Shown here: piece by piece, positions 38,701 to 49,090 of the stretch
How positions within the stretch are numbered: position 1 is the first letter of the stretch
How the letters are laid out: every line of letters starts with the position of its first letter
Origin: an uncultured Desulfospira sp.
Lineage (GTDB): Bacteria; Desulfobacterota; Desulfobacteria; Desulfobacterales; Desulfobacteraceae
NCBI GenBank assembly: GCA_963663165.1
Contig: OY760175.1
Location: 5,504,001 to 5,568,000 of the forward strand
Length of the DNA stretch: 64,000 nucleotides
Direction: 5' to 3'
Position numbers and translations under genes: made by a program
The notes under the pieces: model-generated
Seen by the model: only the letters and a program-made list of their open reading frames with translations
The model's database searches: none
Told to the model about the DNA's origin: nothing

Positions 38701-38905
38701 CTTAGATACCTTTCCATTTCCGCATCGGTCATATCCCGAGCGGATATGATTCTTATTTTATCGTTTCGAATGGTGAAAACAGCAAAAAATAAACGATTCA
38801 TCTCAGTTCGACCAAGCACGTAATAGCGGTCTTCAATAATAGAATGGTGCTTATCATATTTGATTATAAGCGGTCTGTTGAAGAAAATTTGTTCACATTC
38901 CAATA
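38697..38905 (-). pseudogene. brnT: BrnT toxin lacking its 5' part (fused to intron fragment)
   Basis: ECEQIFFN..HS..EDRY..LG.T..VFTIR..IRIISAR; sequence upstream of 38905 is intron. Confidence 0.8.
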
Positions 38906-39362
38906 CGGTTTCACCTGCCGAATGATCCCGGCGAAGATACGGGGTTTCCACGTTCCACACTATTGCCAATTAGTGGATGACTTAGGCCTGCCCTCTGCAC
39001 CGGCGGCGCAACATCTCACGCGGCAGTTAGGAAACCTGCATCCTGACCGCTCACCTTTTGGTCCAAGCTTACCAGCCTCTTTAGCTTGTTCTCCCTGACG
39101 GTACTTACGGAACATTCAACTACTTTGACCATATCATCCAAACCCTTGCCCTCACCCGGATTGAGGCTTCCAGGAGGGTATCTGCCTCACGGCTTCCACC
39201 CCTTCCACAGTTGCGGAATTCGGTACGTTGTCGGTTGGGCTTCACACCGTTGCCGGATGCACCGACCACCGCATGCCACCTAGGGTACCGGCAGGAGAAT
39301 GCCGGGTTTGGTCAGGACCGACTGGCCCGCCAAACAGCCAATAATGCGACTTCGTGTCGCAC
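38906..39362 (-). mobile_element. Group II intron 5' fragment (copy A, 457 bp)
   Basis: Starts GTGCGACACGAAGTCGC on minus strand; near-identical to 62063-62519. Confidence 0.8.
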
Positions 39363-39488
39363 CCCGAACGATAAGCTCAGCCGACCGGGGGCAAGTCGCC
39401 GAGCGCGTTGTAAAAGCCAAATCCTTTCATAAACCAAGGTCTTTGAAAAGTCGATAGACCCCGGGGTCGGCTGGAGCGGTTGTTAGCC
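39363..39488 (-). other. attC site
   Basis: Minus strand GGCTAAC-AACCGCTCCAGCCGACCCCGGGG...CCCCGGTCGGCTGAGCTTATC-GTTCGGG; extra C in the left arm. Confidence 0.85.
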
Positions 39489-39892
39489 ATTTGTTGTGTT
39501 CAATTATTCTTCGTATTCTATTTTTTTGGCGTTATATCTTTTAGATCCTGTTCTTTTTTATCATCCAAAACGACATGCACTATCTCACCATCAAGTTCAC
39601 CAAAATTTATAGCTTTCATATCGACTTGCCTTATACGTCGATTGTGCTGTGTGTGGTAATTCAATGTCAAGTCTTTAAGGTTCCAGGCAGTGCTGACGCA
39701 TGAATAAAAAAAGGTTGGCTTTAGTCGATCTAACCACTCCCTTTGGGGGGAGATCCAGCCTTTTTTAATTCAAAAAGGCAGTCCTTCAGACACTGACTAT
39801 GGCCGAAACGAAAGACGGTCCTTCGGTCCGAACATAGCGTTCCCACCTCTCTGCTTGGGAGAGTGTTTTCGATTACCCGTCCGTCGTTGCCG

Positions 39893-41419
39893 TCATACTA
39901 ATCGGAGTTGAAAGGGAGTGGACAGACGATCTTCCAGCCACATGTAATCCAGCCACGGGCCGGACATGGTATCCCGGACTAAACGAATCAGGCCCCGTGC
40001 GCCGGTATCTTCAATAATCCTGGCAAGCCGCTGCGAGTATCTGGCCAAAACGTTAAACATATGGCCCAGGCGCATCAAGGCATGATACCCCTTCATGACG
40101 TTCCAATCATACGAAAAACAGTGCTCGTACTCATATCCATGATGTTTCTCAACGAGAATACCGGTTTCAATACACCAACGGGAACGGGCGGCTATGTTGC
40201 ATCGTTCGTGAAGATTAAATCTGTCCAAAGGTTCGCTGGACAACCACACATGACGACTATTTTTCTTTTCCGGTTGACCGCTTTCCCGGCTAACCTCTTT
40301 CCAGCTCTCTTTGCATTCAACAACGTGCAGGATTTGACTTTTCTTGCCGTTCGGACCAAACCGGTAGTCAATGGCGTTGATCCACCGAAAAACCTGTTTC
40401 CTATTGCCCCATGTGTGTTGGTGGCAGTTTTCTGTATCGAGTGCGGCAAGCGTTTCAAATTCATTCATTACGCTGGGTAGAGCGTCATCTTTCAGTACAA
40501 TCATGAACTGCCATTTGTTTGTTCGGCAAATTTCTGCCACGGGGCCCTTGGCATAAAGCCCATCCAAAAGCACCATAATTTTTAGGGCGGGAAATGCCGC
40601 CTTCAGGCAAGAGGCTAACCGGTAAAACGCCTTGAGTTCGCAGTCCTGCTTATCATTAGCGGTATCTCCTTCGGTGTAGCTCAGGATTTCGCTTATCAGC
40701 GGAATGCTCATGCCATCGGAAAACGCAAGATTAGCTTCCAGAACATAGACATGATACTGTTTCCTGGTGCCATCCTCTTTCTTGATGTTACGTTCCAGGC
40801 ACTCTTCATCCCAAAGCCAGTCGCGTTTGAATTTACCGGTACCATCTATGGCAATCGGATAACAGCCATTGACCAGGTACCGTCGAAATTTCTTTTTCCG
40901 GATCAGATCTCTGACCAGATCGAGATGAAGCTTCTTGATTTGATTGATATCAATCTTAGACAATAGGCGTTTTAACGTATCATGATGGGGAAGCGTTTCA
41001 AGCTCCGGGAAAAAATATTGAAGATTCTTCCAGAACATCGGCCGGCTCATTTCTTTGTTGGCCTCACGGCAAGAAGCCATCTGAAACACAAAGGTCAGTA
41101 TCCCATAGATCATGAGTGTGGATATTTGGTGTTTTATCTTCTTAGGGTTTCGAGGGTCTTCAATCTTGGCCATACGTTTGAGCAGAATTGGCAGCTTAGC
41201 GCGAAAAATACTCATTTTCTCAGCCACGGCCTCATTGCGGATGCGCCCCTCCTGTTCTACACTTTCATATCGGCATTTGCAGTTAGAAATTGTGCCATGA
41301 GAGGGCGGCTGAAATCCCCTGGCCTCTTCATCCCGACGTAATTTTCTCTGCTCCTTTTTAAACTGCTTTCTTTTGGCCTTTATCTCCTCACGATTGGGGC
41401 GTCGGCTAGGCTTGCTCAT
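39893..41419 (-). CDS. DDE transposase (ISAs1/IS4-superfamily-like)
   Basis: EDPRNPKKIKH, AIDGT, LDGLY, RSRWCIE. Confidence 0.85.
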   Translation of the reverse strand: MSKPSRRPNREEIKAKRKQFKKEQRKLRRDEEARGFQPPSHGTISNCKCRYESVEQEGRIRNEAVAEKMSIFRAKLPILLKRMAKIEDPRNPKKIKHQISTLMIYGILTFVFQMASCREANKEMSRPMFWKNLQYFFPELETLPHHDTLKRLLSKIDINQIKKLHLDLVRDLIRKKKFRRYLVNGCYPIAIDGTGKFKRDWLWDEECLERNIKKEDGTRKQYHVYVLEANLAFSDGMSIPLISEILSYTEGDTANDKQDCELKAFYRLASCLKAAFPALKIMVLLDGLYAKGPVAEICRTNKWQFMIVLKDDALPSVMNEFETLAALDTENCHQHTWGNRKQVFRWINAIDYRFGPNGKKSQILHVVECKESWKEVSRESGQPEKKNSRHVWLSSEPLDRFNLHERCNIAARSRWCIETGILVEKHHGYEYEHCFSYDWNVMKGYHALMRLGHMFNVLARYSQRLARIIEDTGARGLIRLVRDTMSGPWLDYMWLEDRLSTPFQLRLV

Positions 41420-42291
41420 CCGATCTGCCTCAAAACCTGACGGAAATTATTCACCAGCGGATAAACGAAGATTTTTTTGGGACTGGTCCTGTAACTTCTA
41501 CCCTGCCGGACAAGCCCCTTTCCGCTGGTCATGCCAAGGTGTCTAAAATTGGCCGCCCGATAGCACGTCCCATCGAAGTGTTGTGGGTCGACAAAGGTCT
41601 CCAGCAAAGCCGGCCGATACCCCCAGCTCCGCTCCCAGTCTTGCACCAGATCTCTGACAATTTTACCCAATACGTGACTTGCCAGATACCGGACCTTGAC
41701 CCACGGAAAAATCAGGAAGCGTCCATTGTTTACAACAAATCCCAAGTTTCTTAAGCGTTCGTTGGTGCTCCAGCCGATCCATCGATCCCTCGGGGTCAGC
41801 GCCTTGGCCGCCCCTGAGAACAGCATACATCCCAATATGCGCTCTTGAGCTTGTATCAAATAACGCAGATGACATCCGAACGGCCGCTTGTAGCCAAGAT
41901 AATGGTAACGGTGCAGGTATTCATTAACCAGTGAGCGTTCTTCCGTGTCTTGTGCGACCCTGACAACGATCGGCCCGATATCCGAAAGCGTGCCCGCTAC
42001 CTTATCTTGGGGCTGGGTCCTGTCGTCCGCTACCGGCAGTTTCTGTTGAGAGCCCTTTATGGGACCGAGTTTCTCTTTTTCAGGCAACCGTATGAGACCT
42101 TGGGACTCCAGTCGCAGAAGCAATTTCCGGCAGGCATCCACCTTGTTCCTACCAGAAGCGGTATACCAGCCCAAATGTTCGCATATTGTATGAGCCAGTT
42201 CAGTCTGACTCAAATTCGAAAAGGTCTCTACTGTCTCGCAAATCTGTATAAGCTCTTCGTCTTTAATTTTCCGGCCACATTGGACAATCAC
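41416..42291 (-). CDS. DUF4338/DruA-like protein
   Basis: YHYLGY, RDRWIGW, NNGRFLIFPWV..LASHVL, ETFVD..GTCYRAAN. Confidence 0.85.
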   Translation of the reverse strand: MIVQCGRKIKDEELIQICETVETFSNLSQTELAHTICEHLGWYTASGRNKVDACRKLLLRLESQGLIRLPEKEKLGPIKGSQQKLPVADDRTQPQDKVAGTLSDIGPIVVRVAQDTEERSLVNEYLHRYHYLGYKRPFGCHLRYLIQAQERILGCMLFSGAAKALTPRDRWIGWSTNERLRNLGFVVNNGRFLIFPWVKVRYLASHVLGKIVRDLVQDWERSWGYRPALLETFVDPQHFDGTCYRAANFRHLGMTSGKGLVRQGRSYRTSPKKIFVYPLVNNFRQVLRQIG

Positions 42292-43631
42292 GACATCCTC
42301 CTCTTCAAATGTAGTGTCTCGATTGGGGGGGCGCTCATTCGTACCCTATGCTACATTATCAAAAGGCCGAAATTTTGTCTATTTAAATTTTGCGACAAAA
42401 TAATTTTGGATATCGAGCTGCGTCATTGATATCATTGACTATAAATTTTCATGCGTCAGCACTGGGTTCCAGGCGCTGGTCCAGATAGTTGATGAACGCA
42501 TCAAGTCAGTGTCGCCAGCGTGGCCCGCGCCTTCTGCTCCATCGGGGCCCAGTGGGAGATTAAAATTATCCAATATCCTGAAAGCCTCATAAAGAGTTTC
42601 ATCGGCTGTTTCGGTTTTTCTTGCTGTTTGTGTCCAGGCAACAGCTCTGACAAAACGCGAAGGTGGCGTGTTGTCACCTGGCAAGCCTATCATACCCGAA
42701 CCTGCTCCGGTTGGTGAAAACTTGACTCCTTCTAATTCCTTAGGTTCTACGGAAAACATAGATATGTTTACATAATTGCTTAAATTGGTCATGTGCCAAT
42801 CGTAGTTTGGGGCATTTGTAATAACTCCAAGAGGGGCATCATGAATCTTTAATTTTCCTTCAGTATATTCAATGACAATCGATTCTCCGGTTTTGTCAGT
42901 AACCATCCAATGGCCTTGAACAATTATACCAATAGCTTTTTCAACAACGCCTACTACAGTTACATTGGGCAAGCCATCACGCACTTCCTGCACGCTTGCA
43001 AATTCACCTAAAATATAGTTTGCAAGCTCCTGGCTTGAAATACTGTTTTGGGCATTCTCTTTTTTGTATTCGGGGTACACGGCATATCCGGGGTGGTAAA
43101 ACATACCCAGCGCCAAACCTTTTTCATTCATTCCATCCGAGATGAAATCTTTTCCAACCATGTCGAGCGCAACAATACCATAATTTGTGGTATAAGTTTT
43201 TCCATTGTTTCCATCCGGCGTTAAGCCGACATACTTGTACCCTCTCGGAATGATGGCGACTCTTGTATGTAGGTCGAAAGCTCCCCATTCCATAGTTCTG
43301 CCATAAACAACACCTCCGTCTTTAGCGGTTAATCGAATGCCTGTACAGGCAGTAGCAGGGAGTGAGAAAGCGTTAATCAACAGCGCTGATACCAACAGCA
43401 CCTGCCAGAATGTTAAATTGATCCGATTCATCTTCATATTGTCTCCTTATTAAATGAAATTTACAGTTATTTCATAGCATATGTCCTTGAGCATTTGTCC
43501 GGAAATACTGTTCTTTTTTCCGGGGTCAAAAGAATATTCATCCTTCTGAAATATGCCTTCGGATGTGTATGCTGTGTTGCATGTTCACAACCTTTGCGAT
43601 ACGCATCTACAGTCTTTTAACAGCGTAAAGC

Positions 43632-43700
43632 TGCTGATGGGCGCACCAGCTATTGCCGTCATTTGCTTTCCCATCCTCAAAGATTCTCCAAACTCTCTCA
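43632..43700 (-). other. Continuation of group II intron copy B beyond the IS21, with stub of the intron-encoded ORF
   Basis: GGAAAGCAAATGACGGCAATAGCTGGTGCGCCC (MTAIAGAP, ATG at 43662); no RT or domain V follows. Confidence 0.55.
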
Positions 43701-43825
43701 CCCGGATGGCCACCCAAAATCCCCCACTTATGGCCACCTCAAAATCCCCCACCTGAGCGTTTAAAAAATCAGGCGTAATCGCTGATAATCAGGAAATTCA
43801 GGAAAAACGGCGACAGAACGTTTAA

Positions 43826-45205
43826 GGGCCTCAGAAAAATTAATATCCACAATTCCATAGTCTGAATTCTGATTTCTATAGACAACATGGAATCGATAGT
43901 TTATGGTCAACATGGAAGATTACATAAAAAATACAGGAGGACCATGTTTGATCATTCTAAGCACAATTTACCCAAAACTATATCGGAATTAACGCCACCA
44001 CTAAAGGATTTTCTGAATACCACTCGAAGCAAATTAAAAGGCCATGAACGGCGCCAATTCATGGCACGCGTTGTCTCCCTTATGGGGCACGGCGGACAAC
44101 TAAAGGCTGAAAGAGAACTGGGTTGGGATCGGAAAACAATAATCAAAGGGCGACGGGAAATAGAAAGCGGAGTTACCTGTGTTGATAATTTTTCCGGACG
44201 AGGCCGGAAATCGTGTTTAGAACATTTTCCGAATTTAAAAGAGGACATAACTCGTATTGTAAACCCTATATGTCAGACTGATCCTACATTCCGTACCCAG
44301 AATTTATATTCCCCAATATCTGCGAATGAAGTATTCCGTCGATTAGTTGACGACATGGGATATGACCCTGAGAATATGCCAACAGTACGGACTCTATCCA
44401 CCATAATGAATAAATTGGGTTTTAAACTGAAGAAGGTCGCCAAAGCCAAGGTAAAAAAAAATTCCTGAAACAGACATCATTTTTGAATATGTGCATAGGA
44501 CAAACCAACTAGCCGATGAAACAGATGGCGTTTTACGTATCTCAATGGACGCAAAAGCCACTATTAAAATAGGGCCTTATTCCCGAGGCGGATATAGTCG
44601 TTGCAATCTTAAAGCGGCGGACCATGATTTTAAACCCGATTCCCTTTTGAAACTTTTCGGTATCAACATACCTGCTCTGGATGAAAATTATATGTACTTC
44701 ACTGAAAGCAACATCACCTCTGATTTCATGATTGATGCGCTGGAATCACTCTGGCCTTCTTTGAACGCAAGATTCGCCCCACATACACTGGTGATCAATC
44801 TTGATAATGGGCCGGAAAATAGTAGCCGAAGGAGCCAATTCATTAGTCGCCTCGTGGACTTTGCCAAATCAGCATTTGTAAATATTAGTTTGGTGTACTA
44901 TCCCCCGTACCACAGTAAATACAACCCAATAGAGCGAGTTTGGGGTGTTTTGGAAAATCATTGGAAAGGCGAATTGCTGAACAAAATTGAAAAGGTTCTC
45001 GGTCTATGTCGAACAATGACATGGAAAGGAGAAAATCCTGTCGTCAAATTAATCAAAGGTGTTTACCCGACAGGGGTACGTTTGGTCAAGTCCGCCGTGA
45101 ATAATATAGAAAACAAAATTATTCGGATTCCAGGGATTGAAAAATGGGCTGTTGATATTCCATGCTATGAGGAATGAATTGTGGGTTTTAATTTTACCAC
45201 ATCCC
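43826..45205 (+). mobile_element. ISAzo13-family IS
   Basis: Imperfect IR GGG..AAAATTAATATCCACAATTC / GAATTGTGGGTTTTAATTTT..CCC; TAA duplication. Confidence 0.88.
43945..45177 (+). CDS. ISAzo13 transposase in two frames joined at A9 (44453-44461)
   Basis: RGRK, QTDPTF, ISMDAKA..G.YSRGG, DNGPEN, YYPPYHSKYNPIER; -1 shift gives KKIPETD. Confidence 0.88.
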
Positions 45206-45254
45206 TAAATTCCCATGTATTACCCGATCAATCTAATCATGGGAGTTGGAAAGG

Positions 45255-47897
45255 ATGAACGTTTTGAAACCAGAAAAACAGGCAGCAATCAGCACATTAC
45301 TCAACAAGAATGTAAGCCAGCGAGAAATCAGCAGGAAAACTGGTATTGACCGGAAGACAGTACGCCGATACATACGTCAAAACGCTCCCGGATCAATCCA
45401 AATTCCCCCACCGGAGGCCACATCAAAATCCCCCACCCCGGCCACCGATCAGATTGGAAAGCCCCCACCCCGGCCACCGGCTGATTCAGTGGATTCAGGC
45501 CCCATACCGTTTCACGCAAGATCCGCCTGTGAGCCTCACCGGAAATGGATTGAAGACCAGGTTCGACTGGGCAGAAACGCCATGGCTATCTATCAGGATC
45601 TGGTGGAGCAGTTCAGTTTTGAACATAAGTACAACAGCGTTAAACGCTTTGTCCGCAAGTTAAAGCGCAAAGACCCCAAGCAGTTTGACCGACTGGAGTT
45701 TAGGCCTGGAGAAGAAGCCCAGGTGGATTATGGCCAAGGCGCCTTAACCAAGGGGCCAAATGGCAAATACAAACGTCCCCGGTTATTTGTGATGACTTTG
45801 AAATATTCAGGGCGCTCCTTTCGCAAGGTAGTTTGGAAATCCAGTCAAGAAACCTGGGCCAAGCTTCATGAAGAGGCGTTCCGCTATTTCGGTGGTTGCC
45901 CTGAATACGTGGTTTTAGACAATTTAAAAGAGGGTGTTATCAAGCCGGATATCTATGAGCCTGAGTTGAACCCGGTTTATGCAGCTGTACTGGCTCACTA
46001 CGGTGTAGTAGCAGACCCGGCCAGGGTACGAGATCCCGACCGCAAGGGCACGGTGGAGAATGCCGTTCAGCATACCCAGAATACAGCCCTGAAAGGAAAG
46101 CAGTTTGACACCATTGAAGCCCAGAATGAATGGTTGATGCACTGGGAAGAAAGATGGGCATCAACCCGGATACACGGCCGGAAGAAACGGCAGGTGGAGG
46201 AGATGTTCCAGGAGGAAAAGCCCCATTTGTCCCTCCCGCCGTTGAAAGGGTTTGAATATTTTCGCCAGGAGACCCGCACAGTGTATGATGACGGAACTAT
46301 CCAGGTAGACTCATGCTATTATTCCGCCTTGCCGGCGCCGTTGCACCAGGAGGTCATTGTCCGGATTTATGAAACACAGATTGACATCATCAATCCCCGG
46401 ACCATGGAAAAAATCCGCACCCATATCAAAGGCGACCGGCCCGGAGCGGTTAAGATGGAGGAGGAAGACCGGATCTTCAATCCATCCCGGCAAACAACCA
46501 GCCTTTTGAATAAAGCCGAAAGTATCGGTCCTGCGACGAGACAGCTATGCGAACTGATTTTCAAGGAAAAGGGCCGCCCCGGACAGCGCCGGATGCAGGG
46601 CATTGTCAATCTTGCCCGGAAACATGAGGCCGGCAGTATTGAGGCGGCGGCCAAAACAGCCATAGAGAAGGGATTGCGCAGTTACAAATCCTTTTGCCGG
46701 CTGGTTGAACACCAGAAATCATTTACAGATACCAGGCCACAAGAGGGTATCAGCCAGGAGCATGAACTGATCCGGCCGTCAAATGATTACGGTCAGTTTT
46801 TCGACACGTATGCTGCCGGTAACCAACCCGTTATCTCAAAACAGGACCTGCCAAATGTATGGCAAAGTGCCGACTGGTTGAAGGTGATGGCCGTTTTCGG
46901 CCTTGAGCCCCAAAAGAACAAAAAAGACGAAATCTGGATTCAATCCCCTTTTACCGGAGAACAGAACGCCTCTTTGCATGTGCATCTGGGGCAGAATGTC
47001 TACAAGGACTTCAGCAGCGGCAAAGGCGGTGGAATCCTCAATTTCTGCCAGGATCTGCTGGCCCGCAAAGGGCGGGTGATGAACTGCTACCAAGTGGCGG
47101 AATGGATGATCAGCGAAGGCATTTCAAGCCTGAACAAACCCGTGGCCGTTGAGCCCAAACCAACTCCAGAAAAGAATCAGGCCAACCCGCCGGTGAGTAT
47201 TGATCTGCAACCGTTTCTGGAAATCGTTCATCCGGAACTTGAAAACCGGGGGATTTCCAATAAGGCCTGCCGATACCTGGGATGCGGATATCTGCCCAAG
47301 AGAGCCACAGGCAAAAGTTCTCCATTAAACGGAAGAGTGGTCTTTCAGGTGCGAGGGATCAGTCCGGAACTAACCCCTGTCATTCTAAGCCATGTCGGCC
47401 GTGCATTGACAGACCATCAGGCTGACCTGGATGGCAGATACTGGGGCTTTCCTTTCTCCAAAAAGCTGGAAATCTACAACCAGGACAAACTGCTGCTGGA
47501 CCCAAACGCCAGGGATCAGGTGGAACGATATGGCTTGACCCTTGTGGAGGGCTTTTTTGATGTGGCAGCCCTGGTGTCCGCTGACTGCTTGAATGCAGGT
47601 GCTCTCATGGGCGCACATATGGCAGTGGAACAGGTTCTCCAACTCAGGTTTCTGGCATCACATATGGATATAAACAAGGTCAACCTTTTCCTGGACCGGG
47701 ATGAGGCTGGAAGTAAAGGGACCCGGGCTGCGGCATCACTACTTACGCACCATGGGTTTACTGTAAATGTGTTTGACTGGAACCACCGGTTCATCCGGCC
47801 CGGATGTCCACCTGCAGGGATCAAGCCCGATATAAAAGATCCGGCCGACATGTCTGAAACCCAGCTCAAATACTTAAGAAAACAAGGGATGATTTAA
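45255..47897 (+). CDS. istA: IS21 transposase IstA fused to a C-terminal DnaG-like primase region
   Basis: PGEEAQVDYG, LDNLKEGV, KGTVE; then SPF..E..SL..YKDFSSGKGG, LVEGFFD, FLDRDEAG, KDPAD. Confidence 0.9.
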   Translation: MNVLKPEKQAAISTLLNKNVSQREISRKTGIDRKTVRRYIRQNAPGSIQIPPPEATSKSPTPATDQIGKPPPRPPADSVDSGPIPFHARSACEPHRKWIEDQVRLGRNAMAIYQDLVEQFSFEHKYNSVKRFVRKLKRKDPKQFDRLEFRPGEEAQVDYGQGALTKGPNGKYKRPRLFVMTLKYSGRSFRKVVWKSSQETWAKLHEEAFRYFGGCPEYVVLDNLKEGVIKPDIYEPELNPVYAAVLAHYGVVADPARVRDPDRKGTVENAVQHTQNTALKGKQFDTIEAQNEWLMHWEERWASTRIHGRKKRQVEEMFQEEKPHLSLPPLKGFEYFRQETRTVYDDGTIQVDSCYYSALPAPLHQEVIVRIYETQIDIINPRTMEKIRTHIKGDRPGAVKMEEEDRIFNPSRQTTSLLNKAESIGPATRQLCELIFKEKGRPGQRRMQGIVNLARKHEAGSIEAAAKTAIEKGLRSYKSFCRLVEHQKSFTDTRPQEGISQEHELIRPSNDYGQFFDTYAAGNQPVISKQDLPNVWQSADWLKVMAVFGLEPQKNKKDEIWIQSPFTGEQNASLHVHLGQNVYKDFSSGKGGGILNFCQDLLARKGRVMNCYQVAEWMISEGISSLNKPVAVEPKPTPEKNQANPPVSIDLQPFLEIVHPELENRGISNKACRYLGCGYLPKRATGKSSPLNGRVVFQVRGISPELTPVILSHVGRALTDHQADLDGRYWGFPFSKKLEIYNQDKLLLDPNARDQVERYGLTLVEGFFDVAALVSADCLNAGALMGAHMAVEQVLQLRFLASHMDINKVNLFLDRDEAGSKGTRAAASLLTHHGFTVNVFDWNHRFIRPGCPPAGIKPDIKDPADMSETQLKYLRKQGMI

Positions 47898-48098
47898 GGG
47901 ATGGCCAGCTTTTAAAAGTGTAACGCCTATCCCCTATATTCATAACGAAATAATGTAACGACCAGATACCCCGCTGCCACACCCTGCTAAAAAATTATAA
48001 AAATCATACCCCGCATGCCGACCCCGCCGGTAGACCCCGCCGCTGACTTATTCAAAATTTGCTACATATAATCTCCGTGATTCGAATCTTGGAGAAAA

Positions 48099-48449
48099 AT
48101 GATGGCAAAGAATTCTCGTGGAAAACGCCCTTGCTCTATTTGCCGAAAATGGTTTGCTCCTGATGTAAGACAAAAAGGCCGACAGAGAACATGCAGTCCG
48201 GTTTGCCAAAATGAGCTTCATCGAAGGCAATGTGAAAACTGGAACAGGAAAAACAAAGCGGTCTCCATAAATAATTACCTGGCAAAGAAAATTGAAAAGG
48301 CTCAAAACCTTCAAACATCCGGGAAATTGCCTGTTTTGCCGCTGGAAGTTATTGAAACAGAATACGGTATCAAGCCGGCAATTATCGTCGAATATCTGGT
48401 TGCCCAGGTTATCTGTCATACCAAAGAAAAAATTCGAGAATTCCCATAA
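48099..48449 (+). CDS. Small Cys-rich putative zinc-finger protein
   Basis: GGAG RBS; CSICRKWF..QRTCSPVC + basic helix. Confidence 0.7.
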   Translation: MMAKNSRGKRPCSICRKWFAPDVRQKGRQRTCSPVCQNELHRRQCENWNRKNKAVSINNYLAKKIEKAQNLQTSGKLPVLPLEVIETEYGIKPAIIVEYLVAQVICHTKEKIREFP

Positions 48450-49090
48450 ACACCTCTGACTAATCGAATATTGATTTCAAGAGACAAGGTTATGTTAACC
48501 TCTTGTAATATTAAGATATACAAACAGAGTAATCGAATTTTGATTCTAAGAGACATCATGCGCATAAGTTGTTGATAATATATATAGATACAAACAGAGT
48601 AATCAGTATTCCAGTTCAAGAGGCAACTGACAGCCGACCCTGGCCGGTGATATAAAAAGGCATCTGAAATTCTAAAAATAAGGAGATGTCTCATGGCAAA
48701 CAGGTTTTCATCCCGGGAATTATTTGAACTGAGGAACAATATCCCTGTGGATATGCTGATCAGGGATCATTTTGTTATCGCCGGTGATCAAGGTCACCAC
48801 CTTTGCCGGCAACGAACCGTCCCCACCTGTGATATATTGACTTGTCAGGGCTTTTCGCAGGTGTAATATTTGAGGGAAGATACCATTCTCATTTGTATCG
48901 ATAATTTGCAACACAATCAGCTAAAACAAGATATATTAATGGAATAGCGCCATAGCAATCAATTTGGTTGCAGTAAAGCACCTGCGGTTGGAAGAACACG
49001 CTCACCAACAGGCGTCAATCCCGATTTTGGAAGTAAAAAAGCCGGGTTTTATACGAGGACGTATAAAACCCGGCAGATGTGAAGAGATGG

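Larger units (their letters stand above)
39688..42464 (-). mobile_element. Two-gene IS (DUF4338/DruA-like + DDE transposase)
   Basis: Perfect 17-bp IR CAGTGCTGACGCATGAA; 9-bp TSD GGTTCCAGG at 39679-39687 and 42465-42473. Confidence 0.95.
39518..43437 (-). pseudogene. Choloylglycine hydrolase / linear amide C-N hydrolase cassette gene split by an IS
   Basis: Signal peptide then CTG..GRTMEW, DGMNEKGL, LPGD.TPPSRFVRA; frame resumes left of the IS as WNLKDLTLNYHTQHNRRI..ITPKK* (stop 39518). Confidence 0.9.

Noticed and set aside
41416..42291. Druantia defence system
   Set aside because: Lone DruA-like gene inside an IS; no DruE helicase or other partners
43556..43615. Hairpin as intron domain V or riboswitch
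   Set aside because: Lacks the AGC triad and GNRA layout of domain V; no recognisable aptamer motif
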